Assembly: GCA_013044295.1 (NCBI GenBank)
Contig: JABEUU010000086.1
Coordinates: 1-50,944 of the forward strand
Length of the DNA stretch: 50,944 nt
Reading direction: 5' to 3'
From: Candidatus Dormiibacterota bacterium
GTDB lineage: Bacteria > Chloroflexota > Dormibacteria > Aeolococcales > Bog-877
Made by a program: the position numbers and the translations under genes. The notes under the pieces are model-generated. The model was not told the DNA's origin, ran no database searches, and worked only from the letters and a program-made list of their open reading frames with translations. This document shows, in pieces, positions 44,481 through 50,944 of the stretch (position 1 is the first letter of the stretch; the number at the start of each line of letters is the position of its first letter).

Positions 44481-44506
44481 GCACCTGGCCATAAGTCTTG
44501 TCCAAA
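44477..44506. repeat. Left inverted repeat
   Basis: CTAAGCACCTGGCCATAAGTCTTGTCCAAA matches the reverse complement of 46674-46703 (CTAAGCATGTGGCGAATAGTTTTGTCCAAA) at 24 of 30 positions. It contains the hydrolase stop TAA (44478-44480). Confidence 0.7.
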
Positions 44507-45934
44507 GACAAGACGCTGGTCAGGTCCGGCATGCGCCAGCGATGGGCCGGCGTGGTCCCGGCGGGCGAGTTGCCTGGGGGGCTCATCCGGAGTGGTCGGC
44601 AGCGCAGACCCGGCACTTCGCCGAGCAGCCCGGCGCCGTCTGGCGCTGGCCTGCTCCCTCCCGTCGCGACGGCGGAGAGGACGGGGCGGCGGAGCAGCGC
44701 TTGACTCGGACAGGGCTGCTTGCAGCCCTTCGATGCGCGCCAGGGCTCGCCTGGCGGCTTGGTAGTCCACCCGGGCCGTGCCCGGGGAGTGAGGGTCGGA
44801 GAGGGTCACGAAGGCGGCCAGGGCCGCAGCCACCAGATCCCGGTCTCCGATCAGACCACAGCTGGGGCAGCGATGGGTGCGCTCGGCCAGCGCCTTGGGC
44901 ACTCTTTCCCCGCACAGGCAGTTCTGGGACAGGGCGGTGGTGCGCGTGGAGGCCCGCACCAGTCCGGTGCCGGAGCGAGTGGTGACCGCCCCGGCCTCGT
45001 CCGCTATCGCACTCACCAACCGGCCGGGGGTGAAGGCGAGCAGGCTGCGGCCCCAGCGGCGTGCCCACAGGCGCAGGTCGCAGTCCTCCACCACCAAACT
45101 GGCGCCGTGGACCCAGACCAGCTCCTGGGCACAGCTGCGAGCCCGGTCGTCCCTGGCCCTGGTGCGAGCCGCCCCGGCTGCCGCCACCTCTGCCCGCAGC
45201 CGCCGGTAGCCGCCGGAGAGGACGTCCAGGTGGTAAGCCTGACGGGGCACTCCGGCGGAGTTGGCCAGCCGGGAACCCCGCGGCAGGTTGACGGTGACCG
45301 CTCGCTGTCCTGCTTCGACTCGCATCTTGGCGCGGCGCTGCTGCGCTCGGGAGAGCTGGTACTGAGTGGGATTGCGGCAGCGCCGGGAGCGCTCCATCGC
45401 CCTGGCCCTCCGCCGGCCTCGCAGCTGCTCCGCCGCCAGGCTGGCCCGCTCCTTCGGCCCGGCGGTGATGCTGCAGGCACGCACCTCGGTCAGCTCCCTG
45501 TCCACCGACACCACCGCCACCCTGGAGACGTTGACATCGATCCCCGCCCTGCGATCGGGGCCTGCCGCCGCCAGCCGCCGCCGGGCACTGGACGGGGAGG
45601 TGTAGGGAGCCTTCAGCACCAGCAGATGGGCCTCATACCTCCAGCCTCCAGGGACTCCGGGAGCCCGCAAGCGAACCAGGTTGACCTTGTGCCAGAGTCT
45701 GGGCTCCGCCAGGCGGTGGGCGGTGTGAGCCCAGCTCCCGGCTCCCTGGGGCAGGCGCACCGGCAGCACCAGGTCCCCATCACAGGAGGCAGGGCCGCCG
45801 CCGAACACCACTGCCAAGGCGCCCTGGTGGTCCCACCAACTCTCTGACTCTGGGGGCGCTGGCGCCACCAGATGGCGGGGCTGCCTGAGCACCGACTGGC
45901 CCAGAGGACACCAGAGCGCCTCGGCCACGGTCAC
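44477..45934 (-). CDS. tnpB: TnpB-like RuvC / zinc-ribbon nuclease, C-terminal part (WED-C plus RuvC)
   Basis: RuvC-I is RRAGIDVNVSRVAVVS and RuvC-II is SLVVEDCDL. The zinc ribbon is CLCG...HRCPSCG. RuvC-III is IGDRDLVAAALAA. The last 90 aa or so are R/P/A-rich low complexity. Confidence 0.75.
   Translation of the reverse strand: MTVAEALWCPLGQSVLRQPRHLVAPAPPESESWWDHQGALAVVFGGGPASCDGDLVLPVRLPQGAGSWAHTAHRLAEPRLWHKVNLVRLRAPGVPGGWRYEAHLLVLKAPYTSPSSARRRLAAAGPDRRAGIDVNVSRVAVVSVDRELTEVRACSITAGPKERASLAAEQLRGRRRARAMERSRRCRNPTQYQLSRAQQRRAKMRVEAGQRAVTVNLPRGSRLANSAGVPRQAYHLDVLSGGYRRLRAEVAAAGAARTRARDDRARSCAQELVWVHGASLVVEDCDLRLWARRWGRSLLAFTPGRLVSAIADEAGAVTTRSGTGLVRASTRTTALSQNCLCGERVPKALAERTHRCPSCGLIGDRDLVAAALAAFVTLSDPHSPGTARVDYQAARRALARIEGLQAALSESSAAPPPRPLRRRDGREQASARRRRAARRSAGSALPTTPDEPPRQLARRDHAGPSLAHAGPDQRLVFGQDLWPGA
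44495..44514. repeat. Perfect 8-bp stem / 4-nt loop hairpin inside and adjacent to the left IR
   Basis: The hairpin is GTCTTGTC-caaa-GACAAGAC. Confidence 0.6.
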
Positions 45935-46512
45935 CCCTGGGGAAGGCTTTGGGCTCTATAGCGATCCAGATGCCCCTGCAGCGTGCCCACCAGCCTGAAC
46001 GTCTCCCACTTGTGCTGGGTGGTATGAGAGCGGGCCCGTCCGGGAATGGTCCGAACGTCCCACCAACTCCCGGGACGGACAGCCCCCGCGCGGCGGCCGC
46101 TGGCGTCCGGGAACAGGTGACGGGAGGCCGCCTGCCATACCTGGTCGGCGGTGTGCATGGCCAAGGCCTTGGTGAGGTGGTGGCCGAGGTGGCGCGAGCG
46201 CTCCATGTGGGAGTAGGCCGCCTGCTCCAGGCCGGCGCGGGAAAGCCCCAGCCGCTCTCGCACCTGAGCTCCGCCCTTGACCTCCCGCTCGTGGCTGGCG
46301 GCCCAGTAGGCCCGGCAGCGCCGGCCCGCCTGCCGCTGCAGCGTGTGCCGCAGGGAGAACACCGCCTCGTACAGCTCCTCCAGCCGGTGGCGCCGGTGGG
46401 GATCCGACAGATCCAGGGACAGGCGGATCACTGCCACCGGCTCATCGGGCAAGCGCTGCCAAGGAGATCTTAGATTCGGCCCTCGGCGGCGGGGAGGGGT
46501 TGAGTCAGACAT
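45931..46512 (-). CDS. TnpB-like N-terminal part (WED-N plus REC-like helices)
   Basis: VAVIRLSLDLSDPHRRHRLEELYEAVFSLRHTLQRQ resembles the TnpB N-terminal strand plus helix, followed by helical REC-like sequence. The stop overlaps the GTG of the next ORF (GTGA 45931-45934). I chose ATG 46512, although the track ORF extends to 46635. Confidence 0.55.
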   Translation of the reverse strand: MSDSTPPRRRGPNLRSPWQRLPDEPVAVIRLSLDLSDPHRRHRLEELYEAVFSLRHTLQRQAGRRCRAYWAASHEREVKGGAQVRERLGLSRAGLEQAAYSHMERSRHLGHHLTKALAMHTADQVWQAASRHLFPDASGRRAGAVRPGSWWDVRTIPGRARSHTTQHKWETFRLVGTLQGHLDRYRAQSLPQG

Positions 46513-46673
46513 CGGAGCGCAGGATACTCCAATATGGGAACAACTGTGTGCCAACCCTCCCCCTTCGCTTCGCGCCTGCTGGCGGTGCACCCTCCCCCGG
46601 ATGATGCAGGTGGCTCTCCCGAGACGTCGAGGCACACCCAGTCATTCCCCATCGTGGCCTGGTCTCCCCAGAG

Positions 46674-46703
46674 TTTGGACAAAACTATTCGCCACATGCT
46701 TAG
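46674..46703. repeat. Right inverted repeat
   Basis: TTTGGACAAAACTATTCGCCACATGCTTAG is the partner of 44477-44506. Confidence 0.7.
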
Positions 46704-46747
46704 TCGACTGGGACGACCGGCCCTCCGATCCCGGTGCCGGCTCCCCG

Positions 46748-47347
46748 TCAGGGAGCCTCCCGCAGGCGGAGGATGAGGCGGGTCGCGACCGCCAGCGGCC
46801 CCAGGATCAGGACCGCCAAGCCCGCGATCACCAGCCACTCTGGGGCCACGAAGCCAGTCGATCGGCAGATCGTCGCTCCGCCGGCGGTGCCGGATGTGCA
46901 GCTGGTCGAACTGATGGTCCCCCAGACCAGCCCGAGGATGAAGAGGCCGCCCAGGCCACCGGGCCACACCAGAGCCCCCAGGAGCTTGTCGCTGAGCCGC
47001 CAGCGCCGGGAGACCGCCAGCAGGATCACCCCGACCAGCCAGCCCCCGATCGGGACCAGAAAGCCGCCGACGTAGAGAAACACCAGGGCCAGGACCTCGA
47101 GCCAGGGGACGGAGGGCCGGTCTGCAGGAACGACTTCAGCAGCGGCGGCGATGAGCTCGGGCGGTCCCAGGTCGTCCAGAGCCCGGCGCACCTCGAGCTC
47201 ATCGGCCCCGTCAGGGAGCGCCTCGGCGAGATGGGCGTCGATCTGCTCCAGCAGCGGCTCGCGCTGCGCCGGCGGCAGGGCCTGGGCGGCCTCCCTCAGC
47301 CGGCGCCGAAAGTCTGCCACCAGCCGGCCAGGGTCGCTCGCGGTCAC
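46748..47347 (-). CDS. HAAS/DUF1700-like membrane protein (PadR-associated)
   Basis: The N-terminal cytoplasmic helices are LVADFRRRLREAAQALPPAQREPLLEQIDAHLAEAL, followed by 3-4 TM helices. The GTG 47347 start overlaps the PadR stop (GTGA). Confidence 0.7.
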   Translation of the reverse strand: MTASDPGRLVADFRRRLREAAQALPPAQREPLLEQIDAHLAEALPDGADELEVRRALDDLGPPELIAAAAEVVPADRPSVPWLEVLALVFLYVGGFLVPIGGWLVGVILLAVSRRWRLSDKLLGALVWPGGLGGLFILGLVWGTISSTSCTSGTAGGATICRSTGFVAPEWLVIAGLAVLILGPLAVATRLILRLREAP

Positions 47348-47694
47348 CTCAGCTCCCCGGCGGGGAATAGGACCAGTTCCACCATCTCCCGAAAGGTCCG
47401 CCACTCCGACCGGAAGCGCGCCAGGGCGAGGGAGCCCTCGGCCGTGAGCTGGTAGTACTTCCGGGCCCGGTCCCCGGTCCCCGGCCGCCAGCTGGTGGAG
47501 ACTAGGCGGCTCTCCTTGAGGCGGTTCAGCAGCGGGTACACGGTCCCTTGGCTGGTGACCAGGCCGCCCATCGCGCTCATGGTCCGGACCAGGTCGAAGC
47601 CGTAGCGGTCCTCGACCTCCAGCAGAGCGAGCACACAGTACTCCACAACTCCGCGCCGCAGCTCCGTCATCGCAGAGCTGGGTGGCAACGGCAT
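47344..47694 (-). CDS. PadR-family transcriptional regulator
   Basis: The winged-HTH segment is LRRGVVEYCVLALLEVEDRYGFDLVRTM...SQGTVYPLLNRLKESRLV...RKYYQLTAEG. Confidence 0.85.
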   Translation of the reverse strand: MPLPPSSAMTELRRGVVEYCVLALLEVEDRYGFDLVRTMSAMGGLVTSQGTVYPLLNRLKESRLVSTSWRPGTGDRARKYYQLTAEGSLALARFRSEWRTFREMVELVLFPAGELR

Positions 47695-47888
47695 TCAGCC
47701 AGCAATATACCTTGTCTGACACAGCATTGTCTGGCCAGGGGCCCAACCCCCGTCGGGGGGTCGACGCGAGGGCGGTCGGGTCCTCAGCCAGGGAGCACAA
47801 TTGGTGGCCGTGGGGTATAATTGCGCATACAACCACTTTTACGAGAAGGACCAGGTGGTCCGCTCGGGGTTGCCCAAGGAGTAGTGCC

Positions 47889-48869
47889 ATGCCCGCCATC
47901 ACCGCCGCCAACCCACTCGCCCTCCCGCGCATTCCGGCGCCGGCGACCGCCGATGCCCCGGACCGCGCGGTGATCTCGATCACCACCGCGCCGTCGGGGC
48001 TGGAGGGCGAGGGCTTCCCGGTGCGACGGGCGTTCGCCGGAGTCGGCCAGAGCCTTCTGGACCCCTTCGTACACATGGACCAGATGGGCGAGGTCGAGTA
48101 CCAGCCCGGCGAGCCCAAGGGGACGCCATGGCACCCCCATCGGGGCTTCGAGACCGTCACCTACATGATCGACGGAACCTTCCAGCATCAGGATTCCAAC
48201 GGCGGTGGTGGGGTGATCACCAACGGGGACACCCAGTGGATGACCGCCGGCGCCGGAATCCTCCACATCGAAAAGCCCCCCGAGGCCCTGGTCGCCAGCG
48301 GCGGGCTCTTCCACGGGATCCAGCTCTGGGTCAACCTTCCTGCCAGCCAGAAGTGGAGTCCGCCCCGCTACCAGGACATCCGCGGCGGCCAGGTGGCTTT
48401 GCTGTCCTCGACCGATGGGGGCGTCCTGGTTCGGGTCATCGCCGGCGAGGTGGGCGGTCACCAGGGGCCAGGGGTGACGCACACCCCGATCGTGATGCTG
48501 CACGCCAGCCTCACCCCGGGCTCCCTGCTGCGGCTGCCGTGGCGCTCCGACTTCAATGCCCTCGCCTACGTGCTGGCGGGCAGCGGAGTGGCCGGGGGCA
48601 GTGCCCCGCTCACGACCGGTCAGCTCGCGGTGTTCGGCGCCGGGGGCGCCATCTCTCTCGCCGCCGACTCCCAGCAGGAGAGCCGATCCCCTGTGATGGA
48701 GGTTCTGATCCTGGGTGGGCTGCCGATTCGGGAGCCGGTCGCTTGGTACGGGCCGTTTGTGATGAACACCGAGGAGGAGTTGCGGCAGGCGTTCACCGAT
48801 TACCGCGCGGGCCGACTGGGGACCGTCCCCGCCGCCCACCTGGACCTCGGCACCAGACCGGCCGACTGA
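47889..48869 (+). CDS. Pirin-family cupin protein
   Basis: Motifs are HPHRGFETVTYMIDGTFQHQDSNGG, QWMTAGAGILHIE, GIQLWVNLP and GPFVMNTEEE. An AAGGAG SD lies before ATG 47889. Confidence 0.9.
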   Translation: MPAITAANPLALPRIPAPATADAPDRAVISITTAPSGLEGEGFPVRRAFAGVGQSLLDPFVHMDQMGEVEYQPGEPKGTPWHPHRGFETVTYMIDGTFQHQDSNGGGGVITNGDTQWMTAGAGILHIEKPPEALVASGGLFHGIQLWVNLPASQKWSPPRYQDIRGGQVALLSSTDGGVLVRVIAGEVGGHQGPGVTHTPIVMLHASLTPGSLLRLPWRSDFNALAYVLAGSGVAGGSAPLTTGQLAVFGAGGAISLAADSQQESRSPVMEVLILGGLPIREPVAWYGPFVMNTEEELRQAFTDYRAGRLGTVPAAHLDLGTRPAD

Positions 48870-48882
48870 AGACCGCCGGGAC

Positions 48883-49158
48883 TCACCCCCCCGACACCGC
48901 CGGGACGATGTGAAGCTTCGCCCCGGGCGGCACCGGGGTGTCCATGCCGGCCAGATCGAAGATGTCGTCGCTGTCCAGGTAGATGCGCACGTGCTGCCGG
49001 AGCCGGCCCCGCTCGTCGCGGAGCCGCCTCTCCAGCAGCGGCAACTGCCCGGCCAGGAGGTCGAGCGCCTGCCCCACCGTGGCGGCCTCGGTAGGGATCT
49101 CGCGAAGGCCCCCTGCGGCCGGGCGCAGCACGGCTGGCAGAACCAGGGTCGCGGTCAC
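48883..49158 (-). CDS. MoaD/ThiS-family beta-grasp protein with a C-terminal Gly-Gly
   Basis: This 91-aa protein ends ...HIVPAVSGG. The GTG 49158 start overlaps the stop of the upstream BNR gene (GTGA). Confidence 0.75.
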   Translation of the reverse strand: MTATLVLPAVLRPAAGGLREIPTEAATVGQALDLLAGQLPLLERRLRDERGRLRQHVRIYLDSDDIFDLAGMDTPVPPGAKLHIVPAVSGG

Positions 49159-50255
49159 GCCACGACCGCGGCCCTGACCGACAGCACATCTGGCAGGTGG
49201 TCAAGTAGCAGCTGCCAGGAGTCGCCCTCGTCGAAGCTGCCGTACACCTCCCCATTGCGGGTTCCAAAGTAGATCCCGGCCGGCTCCCCGCCATCTGTGC
49301 AGAGACCATCCCGAAGCACCGCGGAGTGGTAGTTGGTCTGCGGAAGCCCGTTGGCGAGCGGCTCCCAGCTCTCTCCCAAGTCGCGGCTGCGGTAGATCCG
49401 GCAGTGCTTCCCTGGGGGCATCCGCTCTGAGTCGGCCTGGAGCGGGAAGAGGTAGACGGTGTCCGGCAGGTGCGGATGGACCAGCACCGGAAATCCGAAG
49501 GTGGAGGGAAGGCCCGACTCCACCGCGGTCCAGCTGTCGCCGTAGTTCTCAGAGCGGTACACGCCGAAGTGGTTCTGGGCAAACAGCCGCTCCGGCCGCG
49601 AGGGGTGGCAGCTCACCTTGTGCACGCACTGCCCGAACACCGGAAAGCGCTGGTCCTCCGGCATCCAGTAGCTCTGAATGCCGGAGTTGGCCGCCTCCCA
49701 GTTGGCGCCGCCGTCCGTGGTGCGGTAGACCCCGCCGGCAGAGAGCGCCACCAACAGTCGCTTCGGGTCGGTGGGATGGGGCACGACCGTGTGCAGGCAG
49801 GCGCCCCCGTTGCCGGGCTGCCACTCGGGACGGTGGGGGTGGTTGTAGAGCCCCTCCACCAGGTCAAAGGTGACACCACCGTCCTCGGAGCGGAAGAGGG
49901 CATGAGGCTCGACCCCCGCGTAGACCACCCCTGGCTGGTTGGGCGGTCCGGGTTGGATCTGCCAGACTCGGGCGAGTGAGGCCCCGGTGGCCTCCGGGAA
50001 TGCGACCGGCGCCTGGTCGGGCTCCTGCCAGCTGGCTCCCAGGTCGTCCGAATGGAACAGCGAGGGGCCCCAGTGCTCGCTGGTGGCTCCGGCGAAGAGG
50101 CGTGGCGTCGCTCCCCGCTGGTCGATCCCGACCCCGTAGACAGAGCTCATCACCAGTTGCAGCGGGTTCATCTGCCAACTGCTCCGGGCGCCCCCGGATC
50201 TCGCCACCACCACTCCCTTGCGGGTTCCGATCAGAAGAACTGCGTCTGACATCAC
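49155..50255 (-). CDS. BNR/Asp-box repeat beta-propeller protein (sialidase / Ycf48-like fold)
   Basis: Six Asp-box-like repeats are present: SDDLGASW, SEDGGVTF, TTDGGANW, SENYGDSW, SRDLGESW and SFDEGDSW. No signal peptide is evident. Confidence 0.8.
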   Translation of the reverse strand: MMSDAVLLIGTRKGVVVARSGGARSSWQMNPLQLVMSSVYGVGIDQRGATPRLFAGATSEHWGPSLFHSDDLGASWQEPDQAPVAFPEATGASLARVWQIQPGPPNQPGVVYAGVEPHALFRSEDGGVTFDLVEGLYNHPHRPEWQPGNGGACLHTVVPHPTDPKRLLVALSAGGVYRTTDGGANWEAANSGIQSYWMPEDQRFPVFGQCVHKVSCHPSRPERLFAQNHFGVYRSENYGDSWTAVESGLPSTFGFPVLVHPHLPDTVYLFPLQADSERMPPGKHCRIYRSRDLGESWEPLANGLPQTNYHSAVLRDGLCTDGGEPAGIYFGTRNGEVYGSFDEGDSWQLLLDHLPDVLSVRAAVVA

Positions 50256-50277
50256 GTGGCACCTCTACATGCACCGA

Positions 50278-50294
50278 TATTCCTGTTAGGAATA
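50278..50294. promoter_or_regulatory. Inverted repeat, candidate PadR operator in the divergent BNR/PadR spacer
   Basis: TATTCCT-gtt-AGGAATA has 7-bp perfect arms and lies immediately upstream of GTG 50296. Confidence 0.4.
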
Positions 50295-50295
50295 G

Positions 50296-50874
50296 GTGGA
50301 TATCAATACCATGCTTCCCATGCCAGGTCAAGCCCCCCCGTCAGTGACCGGATACGCCCTGCTCGGGCTGCTCTCCCTGCGCGGTGAGATGAGCGGGTAC
50401 GGTTTGAAGCAGCTGGCCGACCGCACCCTGCGGTTCTTCTGGGTGGCACCCGCCATGAGCCACGTCTACTCCGAGCTAGAACGGTTGCGGACGGCGGGAC
50501 TGGTGGCCCAGACGGTGGCCAACCGCGGGGGCCGGAGGCTCCGGAGGTACAGTCTCTCGGAGAGGGGTGAGCGCGTCCTGAAAGCCTGGCTCAGCGCCGG
50601 TCAGGTGGAGTTCCCCGTACTCAAGCACGAGGTTGTCCTGAGGCTGTTCCTGGGGCATCTGACCGGCCCAGATCGCCCCCTGCAAGTGCTCGATGCGTAC
50701 CGCCTCCAGCTGAACGGCCGGATCGAGGAGCTGAGGGCCATCCGGGGCCGGCTGGGGACGGATCCCCACTTCCAATACCCGGCCATGGTGGCTGAGTGGG
50801 GTATTCGGCTCTACCAAGAGGAGCTGGCCTCGGTTGAGCAAGTTGGAAGCGCGCTGGTCGAGGCGGACCCGTGA
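50296..50874 (+). CDS. PadR-family transcriptional regulator (long form with a C-terminal dimerisation domain)
   Basis: Motifs are GYALLGLLSLRGEMSGYGLKQL, SHVYSELERLRTAGLV and RRYSLSERG. A C-terminal helical domain of about 90 aa follows. Confidence 0.85.
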   Translation: MDINTMLPMPGQAPPSVTGYALLGLLSLRGEMSGYGLKQLADRTLRFFWVAPAMSHVYSELERLRTAGLVAQTVANRGGRRLRRYSLSERGERVLKAWLSAGQVEFPVLKHEVVLRLFLGHLTGPDRPLQVLDAYRLQLNGRIEELRAIRGRLGTDPHFQYPAMVAEWGIRLYQEELASVEQVGSALVEADP

Positions 50875-50944
50875 GCTGAGCCGACCCGCCGGCCCGGGGA
50901 ACACGCGTCGTGGCGGAGTCCGCCGCCGCCGTTGGGGTCCGCCA

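Larger units (their letters stand above)
44477..46703 (-). mobile_element. Candidate 2.2-kb insertion element bounded by 30-bp imperfect inverted repeats, carrying a split TnpB-like gene and no TnpA
   Basis: See the two repeat features and the two CDS features. The IRs exactly bracket the TnpB-like ORFs, and both ends are locally AT-richer than their surroundings. Confidence 0.55.

Noticed and set aside
45935-45960. Programmed -1 ribosomal frameshifting to fuse the two TnpB-like ORFs.
   Set aside because: The -1 frame is open for only 8 codons before the junction. That stretch (AGCCCAAAGCCTTCCCCAGGGG) has no X-XXY-YYZ heptamer in the zero frame.
46739-46757. The hairpin GGCTCCC-cgtca-GGGAGCC spanning the HAAS gene stop codon, considered as an intrinsic terminator or an element end.
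   Set aside because: No U-tract follows on either strand. It lies outside the 30-bp inverted repeat that better defines the element boundary.
46534-46776. An 80-aa plus-strand ORF starting 5 nt after a GATACT box and reading outward across the right inverted repeat.
   Set aside because: Its third-position GC is visibly lower and more irregular than in real genes here. The product is P/S/R-rich with no motif, and it overlaps the end of the HAAS gene. It may only mark an outward-facing promoter.

Overview
This is a high-GC bacterial chromosomal segment spanning the replication-origin neighbourhood. The minus-strand operon rpmH-rnpA-yidD-yidC-jag faces plus-strand dnaA-dnaN-recF-DUF721(DciA-like). 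A parS-parA-parB module lies about 7 kb to the left. Most of the window is housekeeping: a glycine-cleavage operon (gcvT-H-PA-PB) running on into pyrE and pcm, plus zwf, ndk, lepB, folK/folP, an EF-G2-like GTPase, menA, an NfeD/SPFH pair, envelope glycosyltransferases and Fem/CelD-fold transferases. The right end (about 43.5-50.9 kb) looks accessory. It carries an alpha/beta hydrolase, a TnpB-like element, PadR plus a HAAS membrane protein, pirin, a BNR propeller coupled to a MoaD-like protein, and a second PadR. Many long ORFs in the supplied track are antisense or N-terminally over-extended, as expected in high-GC DNA. I trimmed starts using homology onset, SD motifs, 4-nt stop/start overlaps and a recurring leaderless-promoter pattern. 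The most notable observations are listed here.
(1) A roughly 2.2-kb element is bounded by 30-bp imperfect inverted repeats and carries a TnpB-like RuvC nuclease split into two GTGA-overlapping ORFs, with no TnpA.
(2) rpmH is absent from the ORF track because its only possible start is AUC.
(3) A perfect parS palindrome sits on the -35 position of an apparently leaderless parA promoter.
(4) A TAnACT-N6-start architecture recurs at six or more genes.
(5) The dnaA-dnaN spacer has a DnaA-box / GC / CTA-trio / AT-rich layout.
(6) A sigma-70-like fragment lacking region 4 is translationally coupled to gcvT.
(7) A BNR propeller is translationally coupled to a Gly-Gly beta-grasp protein.
No CRISPR array, rRNA or tRNA was recognised. 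All homology statements come from motif recognition by eye, not from database searches.
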